A DNA stretch of 64,000 nucleotides from an uncultured Acidobacteriota bacterium (GTDB taxonomy: Bacteria > Acidobacteriota > Thermoanaerobaculia > Multivoradales > UBA5704): assembly GCA_963700145.1 (NCBI GenBank), contig OY969474.1, positions 3,904,001-3,968,000 of the forward strand. The letters are read 5' to 3'. Each line of letters starts with the position of its first letter. Positions within the stretch are counted from its first letter, which is position 1. Below the pieces are notes generated by a model. That model saw nothing but the letters and a program-made list of their open reading frames with translations, was not told where the DNA came from and ran no database searches. Shown one piece after another: positions 41,583-51,568 of this stretch. The position numbers and the translations under genes were made by a program.

Positions 41583-43676
41583 ATGCGCAGGATCGCCGGC
41601 TCCACCCGTCTGTTCGCCGTTGGCCTGATCTGCGTCGCTCCGGCGGTCTTCGCGAATCCCGCCATGCGCTTGCCTCGCCCGCCCATCAACTGGCCGGAGA
41701 TCACCTCCGACTGGGTGTGGGTGACGACGGCCAAGCAGTTGGAGGACGCGCTCCAACAGGGCCTCGACGGGACCCTCAAGGGCCCCATCATCGTCGCTAA
41801 GAACATCGAGTTGACCGGAAAACGCCGCCTCACGCTGTCATCCGGCGTCCAACTCATCGGCTGGAGCGGCCTCGGGCGGCGGCCCATCCTCTGGACCAGG
41901 ACCGCGTCCTTCAAGGACCCGGTGACGGAGAAGGACCTGGGCTACAGCCTCTTCGAGGTCTGGGGCAATGGCGTGCGCGTCGGGGGCATCCACTTCTGGG
42001 GACCGGCCCAAACCGACATCAACCGTAGCAGCAGCCAGGCCCCGGTTTCAGCGATCACGGTCTTCCAGCACAAGGCGCAGGAGCCGGTGCCGGACGAGTC
42101 AGGCATCCCCCGTGTGACCGGGCAGTCGAGCGGCCTCTCAGTCGTCATCGCCGACTGCGAGTTCAACGAATGGACCGATAGCGGCGTGCAGGTGATCAGC
42201 GACCCGACCCAACAGCCACGTCGTCACGTGAAGTCACCCGAGGAGTGGAACCCGGATTGGCCCCTCCCCACCGAGGAGGAGAAGACGCGCGTCGAGCGCA
42301 ACTACTTCCACCACATCGCCACGGAGGGACACGGCTACGGCGTGAGCGTGAACGGCGGCACCTACGCCGTCATCGAAGGCAACGTCTTCGACTTCAACCG
42401 CCACGCCGTGACCTCCGACGGCTACGCCAAGTGCGGCTACACCGCCCGCTTCAACTACGTGCTCCAGGGCGGCTACAGGGAGGGCGGCGTGGATACGCAC
42501 GTCGTGGGCACAGTGGGCAGCTACTACAACCAGCACTTCGACGTGCACGGCAGCGCCGGCGGCAACGGCGGCTGGGCGGGCGAGAAATTCGAGATCGCCT
42601 TCAACACCATCCGCGGCGACCAGTCGTACCACGCCGGCTTCTCGACCCGGCCCGCGCTGTCGCTGCGCGGCACGCCGGAGACGAGCCTCCACTTCAGCAA
42701 CAACGTGCTCGTCCACGACAGCCATGACGACGCGCTCTCGTTCAAAGGCGGCGTACCTGGTCGCTTCGTGCTTGTGGAACTAATCGGCACCGGGCAGTAC
42801 GTTTCCAGCGGCAACCGGTACCGCACCGATTACAGCACCGAGCTGGCCACCGGCGACTTCGACGGCAACCGCCTCACCGACGTCTTCGTCGCCACCGGCA
42901 CCGCCTGGTTCTTCTCGCGCGGCGGGCAGCAGCCCTGGGAATACCTCCAGGCGTCCCGCTTCCGCACCCGCGACCTGGGCTTCGCCGACGTCGACAACGA
43001 CGGCGTCACCGACGTGCTCTGGCGGCTTGCCGGCGGCGCGATCGAGTACTCGAAGAGCGGCACCGGCTATCCGGCGCCTCTCACCTTCGTGCCCGTGTCG
43101 ATGGCGGAGGTGCGCTTCGGAGACTTCAACGGCGACCTCAAGACCGACCTCTTCTACACCCTAGCCGGCCAGTGGAACGTCTGGTACGGCCCCGCCGGTC
43201 CTTGGACGCCCACGCTCCGCGCGGACCGTCCCGTCACCGAGCTGCTCTTCGGCGAGTTCGACGACGTGCGCGGCATGGACCTCGCCGCCGCGTTGCTCAA
43301 CGAATGGGTCGTCTCGAGCGGAGCGGTCGTGGCGTTTGCGCATCTGAACGACCGGCTCACGACCTCCTTCGCGAACGCGGTGGCGGCCGACTTCGACGGC
43401 AACGGCAGGAGCGACATCGCCTGGAGCGACGGCCAGAGGTGGGTCTACAGCCGCGAGGGCCGCGACCCCCTGGTCACCTTCCGGCAGGACGACGGACTCG
43501 ACTACCCGCCCTTGAAGTCGCTGCTCATCGGCCAGTTCGGCGGCGACGCCGGCGCCGAGGTCGTCACCTTCAACCGCTACCGCTTCTTCACCGAGACCGG
43601 CGTGCGCCTGGTGATCTGGCGGGGCCTCGGCAGCGGCGACGCCTTCAGCAACCTCTCCGACCAGAACATGCGCTGA
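41583..43676 (+). CDS. Secreted right-handed beta-helix protein with C-terminal FG-GAP/VCBS repeats
   Basis: VERNYFHH..GYGV..IEGNVFDFNRHAV; repeated GDFDGN/DVDNDG/GDFNGD. Confidence 0.8.
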   Translation: MRRIAGSTRLFAVGLICVAPAVFANPAMRLPRPPINWPEITSDWVWVTTAKQLEDALQQGLDGTLKGPIIVAKNIELTGKRRLTLSSGVQLIGWSGLGRRPILWTRTASFKDPVTEKDLGYSLFEVWGNGVRVGGIHFWGPAQTDINRSSSQAPVSAITVFQHKAQEPVPDESGIPRVTGQSSGLSVVIADCEFNEWTDSGVQVISDPTQQPRRHVKSPEEWNPDWPLPTEEEKTRVERNYFHHIATEGHGYGVSVNGGTYAVIEGNVFDFNRHAVTSDGYAKCGYTARFNYVLQGGYREGGVDTHVVGTVGSYYNQHFDVHGSAGGNGGWAGEKFEIAFNTIRGDQSYHAGFSTRPALSLRGTPETSLHFSNNVLVHDSHDDALSFKGGVPGRFVLVELIGTGQYVSSGNRYRTDYSTELATGDFDGNRLTDVFVATGTAWFFSRGGQQPWEYLQASRFRTRDLGFADVDNDGVTDVLWRLAGGAIEYSKSGTGYPAPLTFVPVSMAEVRFGDFNGDLKTDLFYTLAGQWNVWYGPAGPWTPTLRADRPVTELLFGEFDDVRGMDLAAALLNEWVVSSGAVVAFAHLNDRLTTSFANAVAADFDGNGRSDIAWSDGQRWVYSREGRDPLVTFRQDDGLDYPPLKSLLIGQFGGDAGAEVVTFNRYRFFTETGVRLVIWRGLGSGDAFSNLSDQNMR

Positions 43677-43724
43677 CCCGCCAACCGACTGCTGCTAGGG
43701 TCGCCTGCGCCAAGGCAGGAGAGC

Positions 43725-44486
43725 TTGCCCATGACCCATCGCCGGATTGCGTTCCCGTCGCACGCTCTGTTGGCAGTAGCGCTGGCGCTGGCGCCTGCGG
43801 TCACGGCACGAGCGGAGGAGCCCGTGGACTCGCTCCTCCGCCGCCAGACCCAGGAGCTCATGGATGCCGTCGCTCCCGGTGAGATCGACGTCTGGCAGCG
43901 GTATCTCCTCGACGACGTCGTCTACCTCGACGAGGACGGCGTCGTGCACGACAAGGCGTCGCTGCTCCGCGAGTTGAAGCCCCTGCCGCCGGGCCTGGTC
44001 GGGCGCATCGAGGTCGATCGCTTCGCGCTGACCCGGCACGGCGAGATCGCCGTCGTGGCGGCGGAGATCCAGGAGTACCTCGATTACCATGGCCAGCCGC
44101 TGCGCACCCGCTTCCGCTTCCTCGACACCTGGCTCCGCACGCCCGACGGCTGGCGCCTCGCCGCCCGCCACACCGCGGCCGTCCTCAAAGACCCGCCCGC
44201 GATCGTGCTGTCTCGCGAGGAGCTCTGCGCCCACGCGGGCATCTACCGGCTCACCCCGGAGATCGTCACGACCGTGAGATGCGACGCCAACGGCTTGGTC
44301 GCCGAGCGTACCGGGCGCCCGCCGGAGACCCTCCTCGCGGAGGCGCGCGACGTCTTCTTCGTCGCGGGCAAGCCGCGCAGCCGGCGCATCTTCCTTCGCG
44401 ACGACGGCAACGTCGCCGCGTTCGTCGACCGCCGTGAAGGCGAAGACGTCCGCTGGACGAGGGTGCCGGATGCGCCGGCACCCTGA
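43725..44486 (+). CDS. Secreted NTF2-like (DUF4440) protein
   Basis: Signal peptide; YLDEDG..HDK..RFLDTW..DGWRL. Confidence 0.75.
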   Translation: MPMTHRRIAFPSHALLAVALALAPAVTARAEEPVDSLLRRQTQELMDAVAPGEIDVWQRYLLDDVVYLDEDGVVHDKASLLRELKPLPPGLVGRIEVDRFALTRHGEIAVVAAEIQEYLDYHGQPLRTRFRFLDTWLRTPDGWRLAARHTAAVLKDPPAIVLSREELCAHAGIYRLTPEIVTTVRCDANGLVAERTGRPPETLLAEARDVFFVAGKPRSRRIFLRDDGNVAAFVDRREGEDVRWTRVPDAPAP

Positions 44487-44568
44487 AGCGAAGACCGCGG
44501 CGGCGGAAGACCTCTCCACGTCCTCCTCAGAGGTCGCCGGAAGGCTTCCGGGCGCCTCCCCGGGGCCT

Positions 44569-44778
44569 GCGGATGTATCCGGAAGGCGGGCGGATCTATC
44601 CGGAAGAGCCGCGGATCTATCCGGCGCGCCTGGGGATATATCCGGCGCGCCTGCGGATGCATCCGGAAGCGCTGCGGATGTATCCGGAACGCCCGCGGAT
44701 ATATCCGGAAGCGCCGCGGATGGATCCAGAGGGGCCGCGGATGGATCCGGAGGCGCCCCGGATACATCCGGACGTCTC
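44569..44778. repeat. 21-bp-period tandem array B (10 units, palindromic core GGAT-NN-ATCC)
   Basis: Units at 44569+21n for n=0-9, all containing GGATnnATCC. Confidence 0.92.
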
Positions 44779-44806
44779 GCTCCCTTATCCCCAGCCGTTC
44801 CGACCG

Positions 44807-46171
44807 GGATGTGTCCCGATTCTTGTGGAGATTCGGCGTAACCCCCTGACTGTCGGGTTGACGTTAGCTCCTCACGCGGCCTGCGTCCAAATCGTGGCGA
44901 GGAAACGTTGCAGGTCTTGGTGGCCATTGACGCTGCGTAGGCGGATCTGGCCGCAGGCCACCAGTGCCCAGAGCAGGGTCAAGGCCGCCTCTTCGGTGGC
45001 GAAGCTGGCCTGGGTCTTGGTGCGGCGTCGAAACTCGCGATGGAGGTTTTCCAGCGCGTTGGTCGAGCGTAGGGTCCTCCACAGCGAGCGGGGAAACTCG
45101 TAGAAGGTCAACAGCTCCTCTCCGGCCTCCTCGAGCGAGCGGGCGACAGCCGGACACAGGCGAGACCACTTGGCGAGGAAGGCCGCGTAGGCCTGATGGG
45201 CCGCCCCACCGTCGCGGGCCTCGACGATCGGGCGCCAGTCGCGCCGGAGCTCGCCGCGAGCATGGCGCGGGCAGTGCTCCAGCAGGTTTCGGAGCTTGTG
45301 CTGGGTGCAACGCTGCACGCGCACCCCCGGCCACGCCGCCAGCGCCTTGCGCAAGCCAGCGTGGCCGTCGACGATGAGCAACTCGGGCGCCGCCAAGCCC
45401 CGCCGCTGCAGATCCTCGAGCAGCTCGCCCCACAGCCGCGCCGCCTCGCTCGTGGCCAACCGTAACGCCACCAGGACCTTGCCGCCATCGGGGCGCACGC
45501 CCAGAGCGGCCAGCACCGGCACCGCCACCACCCGCCGGGCCAGCCGCACCTTGACGTGGAACCCGTCGAGAAACAGCAGCGCGTAACGCTCGCCCGCACA
45601 ATCGCGCTCCCGCCAGGCCGCAAACCGCTCTTTGAGCCGCCCCACCACGCGCGAGGCCGCGCTCTTGGACAGGTGCTCTTCTCCCAGCAGCGGCGCCAGC
45701 GCCTTGCCGATCCGTCGGCTATTGGCCCCCGCCAGATAGCACGACAGGATCGCCGCGTCGATCTCCCGCACCCGCCGCGCGTAGCGCGGCACCAACGCGC
45801 TGGCGAACTCTTCCGTCGTGCCCTCCACTGTGGCCACCCGACCGCGCGGCACCCGCAGCGGCCGGGTCCCCGCCACCGTCGTCACCCGCCGTAGCGTGGC
45901 TCCGTTGCGGTAGCCGCGGCGCACCGCCGTCCGCTCGTAGGGCTGCGCACCCAGCGCCTCCTGAAGCTCCTGCTCTAGCACCAGCTCCACGGCCTCCAGA
46001 AGCCTCTGCTCGAGCAGCCGCCGGATGTCCTGGCGCAGCGGCACCACCTCCTGCTCTGACGTGCTAGCCTCCCACATGGCGTAACCCTCCTCCGCCGCCC
46101 ACGCGACGGGATGTGCTTGACAGCTAGGAGGTTACGCCACTTTCTTTTTCCACAAGAATCGGGACGGATCC
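44807..46171 (-). mobile_element. IS256-family insertion sequence
   Basis: Terminal inverted repeats GGAT(GT/CC)GTCCCGATTCTTGTGGA; 8-bp target duplication TCCGACCG at 44799-44806 and 46172-46179. Confidence 0.93.
44872..46077 (-). CDS. IS256 (Mutator-like) DDE transposase
   Basis: Motifs YERT..RRGYRNG, LRVPR, LFLDG, LIVDGHAGL, QRCTQHK and STNALENLHREFRRRTK. Confidence 0.95.
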   Translation of the reverse strand: MWEASTSEQEVVPLRQDIRRLLEQRLLEAVELVLEQELQEALGAQPYERTAVRRGYRNGATLRRVTTVAGTRPLRVPRGRVATVEGTTEEFASALVPRYARRVREIDAAILSCYLAGANSRRIGKALAPLLGEEHLSKSAASRVVGRLKERFAAWRERDCAGERYALLFLDGFHVKVRLARRVVAVPVLAALGVRPDGGKVLVALRLATSEAARLWGELLEDLQRRGLAAPELLIVDGHAGLRKALAAWPGVRVQRCTQHKLRNLLEHCPRHARGELRRDWRPIVEARDGGAAHQAYAAFLAKWSRLCPAVARSLEEAGEELLTFYEFPRSLWRTLRSTNALENLHREFRRRTKTQASFATEEAALTLLWALVACGQIRLRSVNGHQDLQRFLATIWTQAA

Positions 46172-46271
46172 TCCGACCGCATCTCCCGCCTCTGCGGGAA
46201 CCTCCCGGAGCCCCGCTCCGCCAACCCGCCAACCCAGGGAGACAACCGCGGCCTTTGGAGCGATTCCCTGA

Positions 46272-46712
46272 CTAGGTCGCCGAGGAGGCGGTGAATGGGT
46301 TCTCGACAGTGATCCCTTCGTAGCTGCGCCCGTCGGTCAGATCCTCCGAGATCAAGCGGGTGCAGCCGGCCCGCCGCGCGGCTTCCAGGATCGTCGCGTC
46401 CCACGCGGAGATCTGGGCCCGGTGAGAGAGGCCGACGGCGTCCAGCACGAGGTCCGGCGTGACCTCGACGACGTGCCACACCGTGAGCACCCGCAGGTAC
46501 TCCAAGGCACGCGCATGCTCCAGCCGGGCCGCGACTTTGCGCGTTACGGTGACGTAGAGCTCGAGGAGGACCTGCGAGCTGATCGCATAGCAGCCTTCCG
46601 CGAACCCGCGCTCCAGAATCTCCCGGGCGATCTGGTGCTTCCGCGGGTCATCGCCTGTGACCGCATAGACGAGGACGTTGGTATCGAGGAAAGCGGTCGG
46701 CTCACCGCTCAT
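46272..46712 (-). CDS. PIN-domain (VapC-like) toxin
   Basis: Motifs FLDTNVLVY, SSQVLLE, WDATI and SEDL. Confidence 0.9.
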   Translation of the reverse strand: MSGEPTAFLDTNVLVYAVTGDDPRKHQIAREILERGFAEGCYAISSQVLLELYVTVTRKVAARLEHARALEYLRVLTVWHVVEVTPDLVLDAVGLSHRAQISAWDATILEAARRAGCTRLISEDLTDGRSYEGITVENPFTASSAT

Positions 46713-46941
46713 GGAGCTCGTCGCGCGAGGGCAGAGGTCGTCCGCCGAGCCTCACCGGGGCTTCGTCGATGAGGGGGCGGATCGACTCCCACGCGGCGAG
46801 GCGGCGCTGCTCGTCGTCGGTCAGGCGCTCGAGGAGCTGCCGAACCAGCTCATTGACCGTCGTGTGTCTCCTCGCGGCGACGCTCCGCGCCTGCTGCAGC
46901 AGCTCTTCTTCGACGACGAGAGTGAGGTTGCGGCGAGCCAT
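46702..46941 (-). CDS. Antitoxin (RHH/DUF6364-like)
   Basis: NLTLVVEEELL..AR..A..TTVNELVR..L..SRDELHER; overlaps the toxin; GCACGG-atc-CCGTGC palindrome in the promoter (46954-46968). Confidence 0.85.
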   Translation of the reverse strand: MARRNLTLVVEEELLQQARSVAARRHTTVNELVRQLLERLTDDEQRRLAAWESIRPLIDEAPVRLGGRPLPSRDELHER

Positions 46942-47040
46942 GGGGCGACCATAGCACGGATCCCGTGCAATGGCGCAGGGCGGGGGATACGGCGGGGGAC
47001 AGGCAAGCTGCCCCCCACACGGAACGTAAGGCTCGGCGAC

Positions 47041-48432
47041 TTAGATCAGCGACCGCCGCCGCACGCCCCGCGACGGGAGGCGCTTGCGGCCCATGGAGCC
47101 GATGGAGCGCTGGGGGGCGGCGGGGTCGGCGGTGGGGCCGGAGTGCTCGCCGCGCGGGCGGGGCTGGTGGTGCGGCTGGTGGGCCGCGGGCTGGGGCCGG
47201 AGCTTGCGCTCCGCCTTCTCGCGGGCCCGTGCCCGCTCGCCGGCGCGCTGGGCGCGGATGGCGGCGATGCGCTGCTCGACCGGGATCTCCAGCCGCTCGG
47301 CGGGCCGCTTCTCGTAGTCGAAGCCTTGCAGCGTCAGCCGCGGCAGCTTCGATCCGACCGCTCGCTCGATGGCGTGCAGGTCGCGCAGCTCGTGGTCGGC
47401 GACCAGGGTGATGGCGTCGCCGGTGGCGTCGGCGCGGGCCGTCCGCCCGACGCGGTGGATGTAGTCGTCGGGCACCGCCGGCACGTCGAAGTTGACGACG
47501 TGGGAGAGCTCGAAGACGTCGATGCCGCGGGCGGCGATGTCGGTCGCCACCAGCACCTGCGTCCGCCCCGCCTTGAAGCGGGCGAGCGCCTGCGTGCGCT
47601 GCGCCTGGCTGCGGTTGCCGTGGATGCGGTCGCAGGAGACGCCCTGGCGCTCGAGGAAGTCGGCCAGGCGGTTGGCGCGGTGCTTGGTGCGGGTGAAGAC
47701 CAGGGCGCTGTCGATGCTGCCGCCGCGCAGCAGCTCGAGCAGCAGGTGCGACTTGAGATCCTCGCGCACCGGGTAGGTGGCCTGCGCGACGCCGGTCGCC
47801 GGCGCCGACTTGCGCTCGACGTTGATCCTCACCGGGTCGACGAGGATGTCGCGCGACAGCGCCGCGATGGGCGCCGGCATGGTGGCCGAGAAGAGCAGGT
47901 TCTGGCGCCGCTTCGGCACCCGCGCGAGGATGCGGCGGATGTCGGGCAGAAAGCCCATGTCGAGCATCCGGTCGGCCTCGTCGATGACCAGCACTTCGAC
48001 GGCGTCGAGCTTGGCGTAGGGGTACTGCAGGTGGTCGAGGAGCCGCCCGGGGGTGGCGACGAGCACGTCGACGCCGGCGCGGAAGGCCTTCTCCTGCGGC
48101 CCCATGGCGACGCCGCCGAAGATGGAGGCGCTCTTGATCGCCGTGTGCTTGGCCATCGCCCGGCAGTGCTCCTCGATCTGCGCCGCCAGCTCCCGGGTGG
48201 GGGAGACGACGAGGACGCGGGTCGTGCCGCGCGGCTTCTCGAGCAGGTTGTGGAGGATGGGGAGAATGAAGGCCGCGGTCTTGCCGCTGCCGGTCATCGC
48301 GCACCCGAGCACGTCGCGGCCGGCCTTGGCCGGCGGGATGGCGTCGCTCTGGATGGGGGTCGGGCGGGTGAAGCCCAGGTCCTGGACCCCGCGCATGAGG
48401 TCGGGGTGCAGGTCGAACGTCTTGAAATCCAT
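47041..48432 (-). CDS. DEAD-box RNA helicase (RhlE-like)
   Basis: Q motif, GSGKT, PTRELA, DEAD, SAT, ARGID and HRVGRTARA. Confidence 0.95.
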   Translation of the reverse strand: MDFKTFDLHPDLMRGVQDLGFTRPTPIQSDAIPPAKAGRDVLGCAMTGSGKTAAFILPILHNLLEKPRGTTRVLVVSPTRELAAQIEEHCRAMAKHTAIKSASIFGGVAMGPQEKAFRAGVDVLVATPGRLLDHLQYPYAKLDAVEVLVIDEADRMLDMGFLPDIRRILARVPKRRQNLLFSATMPAPIAALSRDILVDPVRINVERKSAPATGVAQATYPVREDLKSHLLLELLRGGSIDSALVFTRTKHRANRLADFLERQGVSCDRIHGNRSQAQRTQALARFKAGRTQVLVATDIAARGIDVFELSHVVNFDVPAVPDDYIHRVGRTARADATGDAITLVADHELRDLHAIERAVGSKLPRLTLQGFDYEKRPAERLEIPVEQRIAAIRAQRAGERARAREKAERKLRPQPAAHQPHHQPRPRGEHSGPTADPAAPQRSIGSMGRKRLPSRGVRRRSLI

Positions 48433-48695
48433 GTCTTTTTGTCTAGTCCTTGACCGGGGCGCGCGGTGCTCCGGTGGAGGGAGCGCGCCCTACGTCGACT
48501 TCCGGCGGGTTAATTCGAGAAGGGGAGGGAACGGAGGGCTTGCCGGAAGGCCTTCGCTCGGGCTCGGACGGTTCTGAACGCGTCCGCAGCCCCGACTCGG
48601 TCGTCTGCGGCGCCGGCCCATGCCGGCGACCGCTGGAGAGTCGCACAGTTTCCAGGCTAAAGCAAATCCGGGATAAATCCAGTGGGACTCGCGGG

Positions 48696-49727
48696 TTACA
48701 ACCGATCGGGCGGTTCCGGCATTCCCGGCCGGCCGGCGATCTCCTCGGCGAGACCGAGGATCGAGAGCGGCGCGCAACCCTCGGCGTTGTTGGCGACGGT
48801 GACGTACACCTGTTGCCCGCGGGCCGCCGCCTCCAGCGCGACGTCGGCGACGGCGCGGCGGGCGGCGCGGTCGATCCGCGCCAGCTTGTCGAAGGGCATC
48901 CACTTCCGCCCCGCCTCCTCGTAGGTCATCCCCTCCTGCAGGAGCCAGCGGACGAGGACGGCCGGGGCCCGCCAGGCCTCGGCGAGGGCCGCCTGGGCGC
49001 GCACGTCGGGCATCCGCGGGTGGACGTTGGCGCAGTGGGCGGCGCCGGCGGCGGCCAGCGCCGCGGCGTAGTCGGGGGTCACCAGCTCGCGGTTGCGCAG
49101 CTCGACGGCGTAGAGCGGCCCGCGCGGCAGGGCGGTCAGGAAGCGCGCCAGCTGCTTGGCGAAGCGGGCGGGCGAGCCCATCTCCTGCGGCGCAAACTGG
49201 AAGAGGAGGGCGCCGCCCTTCTCGCCCAGCCCCTCGACGAACGGCGCCACCACCTGCTCGGCGGTGTAGGCCGGGTTGAGGAAGTTCGGGTTCGCGCCGC
49301 CGCGCTGGGCGCCGAAGCGCGGCAGGTCGGGCCAGCGGACGAGGGTGACGGCGTCGTGCGCCTTGACGACGAAGCGGAAGCCCTCGGGGACGGCGGCGGC
49401 GTAGGCGGCCAGCTCCTCGGCGGTGAGCGGCTGGTAGTGGGTGCGGTCGATGCCGACGGCGCGGAAGAGCGGGTGGCGGGCGTAGGCGGCGAGCCCTTCC
49501 TGCGCCAGCCGCGAGGCGGAGTAGCGGCGGTCGTAGACCAGGCCGCGCCAGCCGGGGAAGGCCCACGAGGAGCTGCCGAAGCGGAGCTGGGGCGGGAGCG
49601 CCACGGCGAGCTCGCGGGCGCGCGGGGTCGGAGGGGCGGCGCCGACCGGCGCCGGGCGCGGCGGAGCGGTGTCGCCGCCTTCGAAGAGGTCGAACTGGCC
49701 GGTCTCTTTCTTCGCCGCTCGCGTCAT
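48696..49727 (-). CDS. DUF72 family protein
   Basis: Motifs GSSSW..PGW, FRFVVKA, LLFQF, YAVELRN and NNAEG.AP. Confidence 0.88.
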   Translation of the reverse strand: MTRAAKKETGQFDLFEGGDTAPPRPAPVGAAPPTPRARELAVALPPQLRFGSSSWAFPGWRGLVYDRRYSASRLAQEGLAAYARHPLFRAVGIDRTHYQPLTAEELAAYAAAVPEGFRFVVKAHDAVTLVRWPDLPRFGAQRGGANPNFLNPAYTAEQVVAPFVEGLGEKGGALLFQFAPQEMGSPARFAKQLARFLTALPRGPLYAVELRNRELVTPDYAAALAAAGAAHCANVHPRMPDVRAQAALAEAWRAPAVLVRWLLQEGMTYEEAGRKWMPFDKLARIDRAARRAVADVALEAAARGQQVYVTVANNAEGCAPLSILGLAEEIAGRPGMPEPPDRL

Positions 49728-49753
49728 CGCTGAGGCATGATACGCGGCGCCCT

Positions 49754-51523
49754 ATGACCTTCCCGATCTTCCTCGTGCTGGCCCTCCTCGCCGCGGCGGT
49801 GGTGATCTTCTCCTTCGAGTGGCTGCCGGTGGACGTGACGACGCTCCTGCTGCTCGTGGTGCTCGTCCTCTCCGGCACCCTCACCTTCGCCGAGGCCTTC
49901 GCCGGCTTCGCCAGCGAGATCATCGTCATCCTGGCCTCGATCTTCGTCCTGACCGGGGCGCTCATGAAGACCGGGGTCGTGGACGCCCTGGGCGGGCTGA
50001 TCCACCGCGTCGCCGGCGGCGGACGCCGGCGCATCCTCGCCTGCGTGATGGGGGTCACCTGCGGGGTCTCCGCCTTCATCAACAACACGACGACGACGGC
50101 GGTGGCGCTGCCGGCGGTCCTCGGGGTCTGCCGGCGGAGCAAACTGAGCCCGAGCCAGGTGCTCATCCCGCTCGCCTTCGCCTCGATCCTCGGCGGCACC
50201 TGCACGCTGATCGGCACCTCGACCAACGTCGCCGCGAGCGGCTACCTGCTCGAGACCGGCCTCGCGCCGTTCACGCTCTTCGAGTTCCTGCCGGTGGGCC
50301 TGACGATGGTCGTGGCGGGGACCGTCTTCCTCCTCCTCTTCGCCCACCGCCTCCTGCCCGACCACCGGGAGGCGAGCTACACCGAGGAGTACGAGATCAA
50401 CGAGTACCTCTCGGAGATCGTCGTGCCGCCGGGGTCGCCGCTGGCGGGGAAGGCGATCCGCGACGCCGGCCTGGCGGAGATGGGGCTGACGGTGCTCTCC
50501 ATCCTGCGCGGCGGCGTGCGTCTCTACGCCGACCCCGACCGCCGGCTGGCCGAGGGGGACCTGCTGATCGTGCAGGCGAGCCGCGAGGGGCTGCTCAAGG
50601 TCAAGGAGACGGCCGGGGTCGAGATCCGGCCGGACTTGAAGCTCGGCGACCAGGACCTGATCGGCGACGCGCTCAAGATCGTCGAAGCCATCCTCATGCC
50701 GCAGTCGGCGTTGATCGGGCGGACGATCAAGGAGCTGGACTTCCGCACCCGCTTCGGGGTGACGGTCTTGGCCATCTACCGCCGCGGCCACGCGCTGGCG
50801 CGCAAGCTCACCGAGGTGCCGCTGGAGGTGGGGGACGTGCTGCTCCTGCAGGGGCGGCCGGAGAGCTTCAAGGCGATCGCCTCGGGCCGCGACCTCTGGG
50901 TGCTCCAGGAGACCGAGCACATCCCGGCGCGGCGGCGGAAGGGGCTCTACGTCGCCGGCCTCTTCGTCGCGGCGATCGCCGCCGCGGGGCTCGAGCTGAT
51001 CCCGCTGCCGATCGCCTTCCTGGCGGCGGCGCTCGGCGTCCTCCTGCTCCGGCTGATCACGCCGGAGGAGGCCTACGGCGCGGTGGACTGGCGGCTGCTG
51101 ATCCTGATCGCCGGCATGACGGCCTTCGGCGGCGCGATGCAGAAGACCGGCGCCGCCGAGTACCTGGCGGGGCTGGTGGTGGACTGGGCGGCGCCGCTGG
51201 GGATCTACGTCGTGATGGCGGGGTTCGCGGTGCTGACGATGCTGCTGACCCAGCCGATGTCGAACGCCGCGGCGGCGCTGGTGGTGCTGCCGGTGGCGCT
51301 CTCGGCCGCGGGGCGGCTGGACGTGGACCCGCGGAGCTTCGCGGTGCTGGTGACGCTCGCCGCGTCGCTCTCCTTCATCACCCCCTTCGAGCCGAGCTGC
51401 CTCCTTGTCTATGGCCCGGGCCGCTACCGCTTCGCCGACTTCGTCCGCGCCGGCGCGCCGCTGACGCTCATCGCGCTCGTCCTGCTGCTGCTTCTCGTGC
51501 CGGTCTTCTGGCCGCTGCGGTAG
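49754..51523 (+). CDS. SLC13-family permease with two TrkA-C domains
   Basis: Motifs SAFINNT, GGTCTLIGTSTN, QPMSNAA and GPGRYRFADF. Confidence 0.92.
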   Translation: MTFPIFLVLALLAAAVVIFSFEWLPVDVTTLLLLVVLVLSGTLTFAEAFAGFASEIIVILASIFVLTGALMKTGVVDALGGLIHRVAGGGRRRILACVMGVTCGVSAFINNTTTTAVALPAVLGVCRRSKLSPSQVLIPLAFASILGGTCTLIGTSTNVAASGYLLETGLAPFTLFEFLPVGLTMVVAGTVFLLLFAHRLLPDHREASYTEEYEINEYLSEIVVPPGSPLAGKAIRDAGLAEMGLTVLSILRGGVRLYADPDRRLAEGDLLIVQASREGLLKVKETAGVEIRPDLKLGDQDLIGDALKIVEAILMPQSALIGRTIKELDFRTRFGVTVLAIYRRGHALARKLTEVPLEVGDVLLLQGRPESFKAIASGRDLWVLQETEHIPARRRKGLYVAGLFVAAIAAAGLELIPLPIAFLAAALGVLLLRLITPEEAYGAVDWRLLILIAGMTAFGGAMQKTGAAEYLAGLVVDWAAPLGIYVVMAGFAVLTMLLTQPMSNAAAALVVLPVALSAAGRLDVDPRSFAVLVTLAASLSFITPFEPSCLLVYGPGRYRFADFVRAGAPLTLIALVLLLLLVPVFWPLR

Positions 51524-51568
51524 AATCTTTACCAATCGATCAGCCACTTCAGGAAGCAGGAGGTCGTA

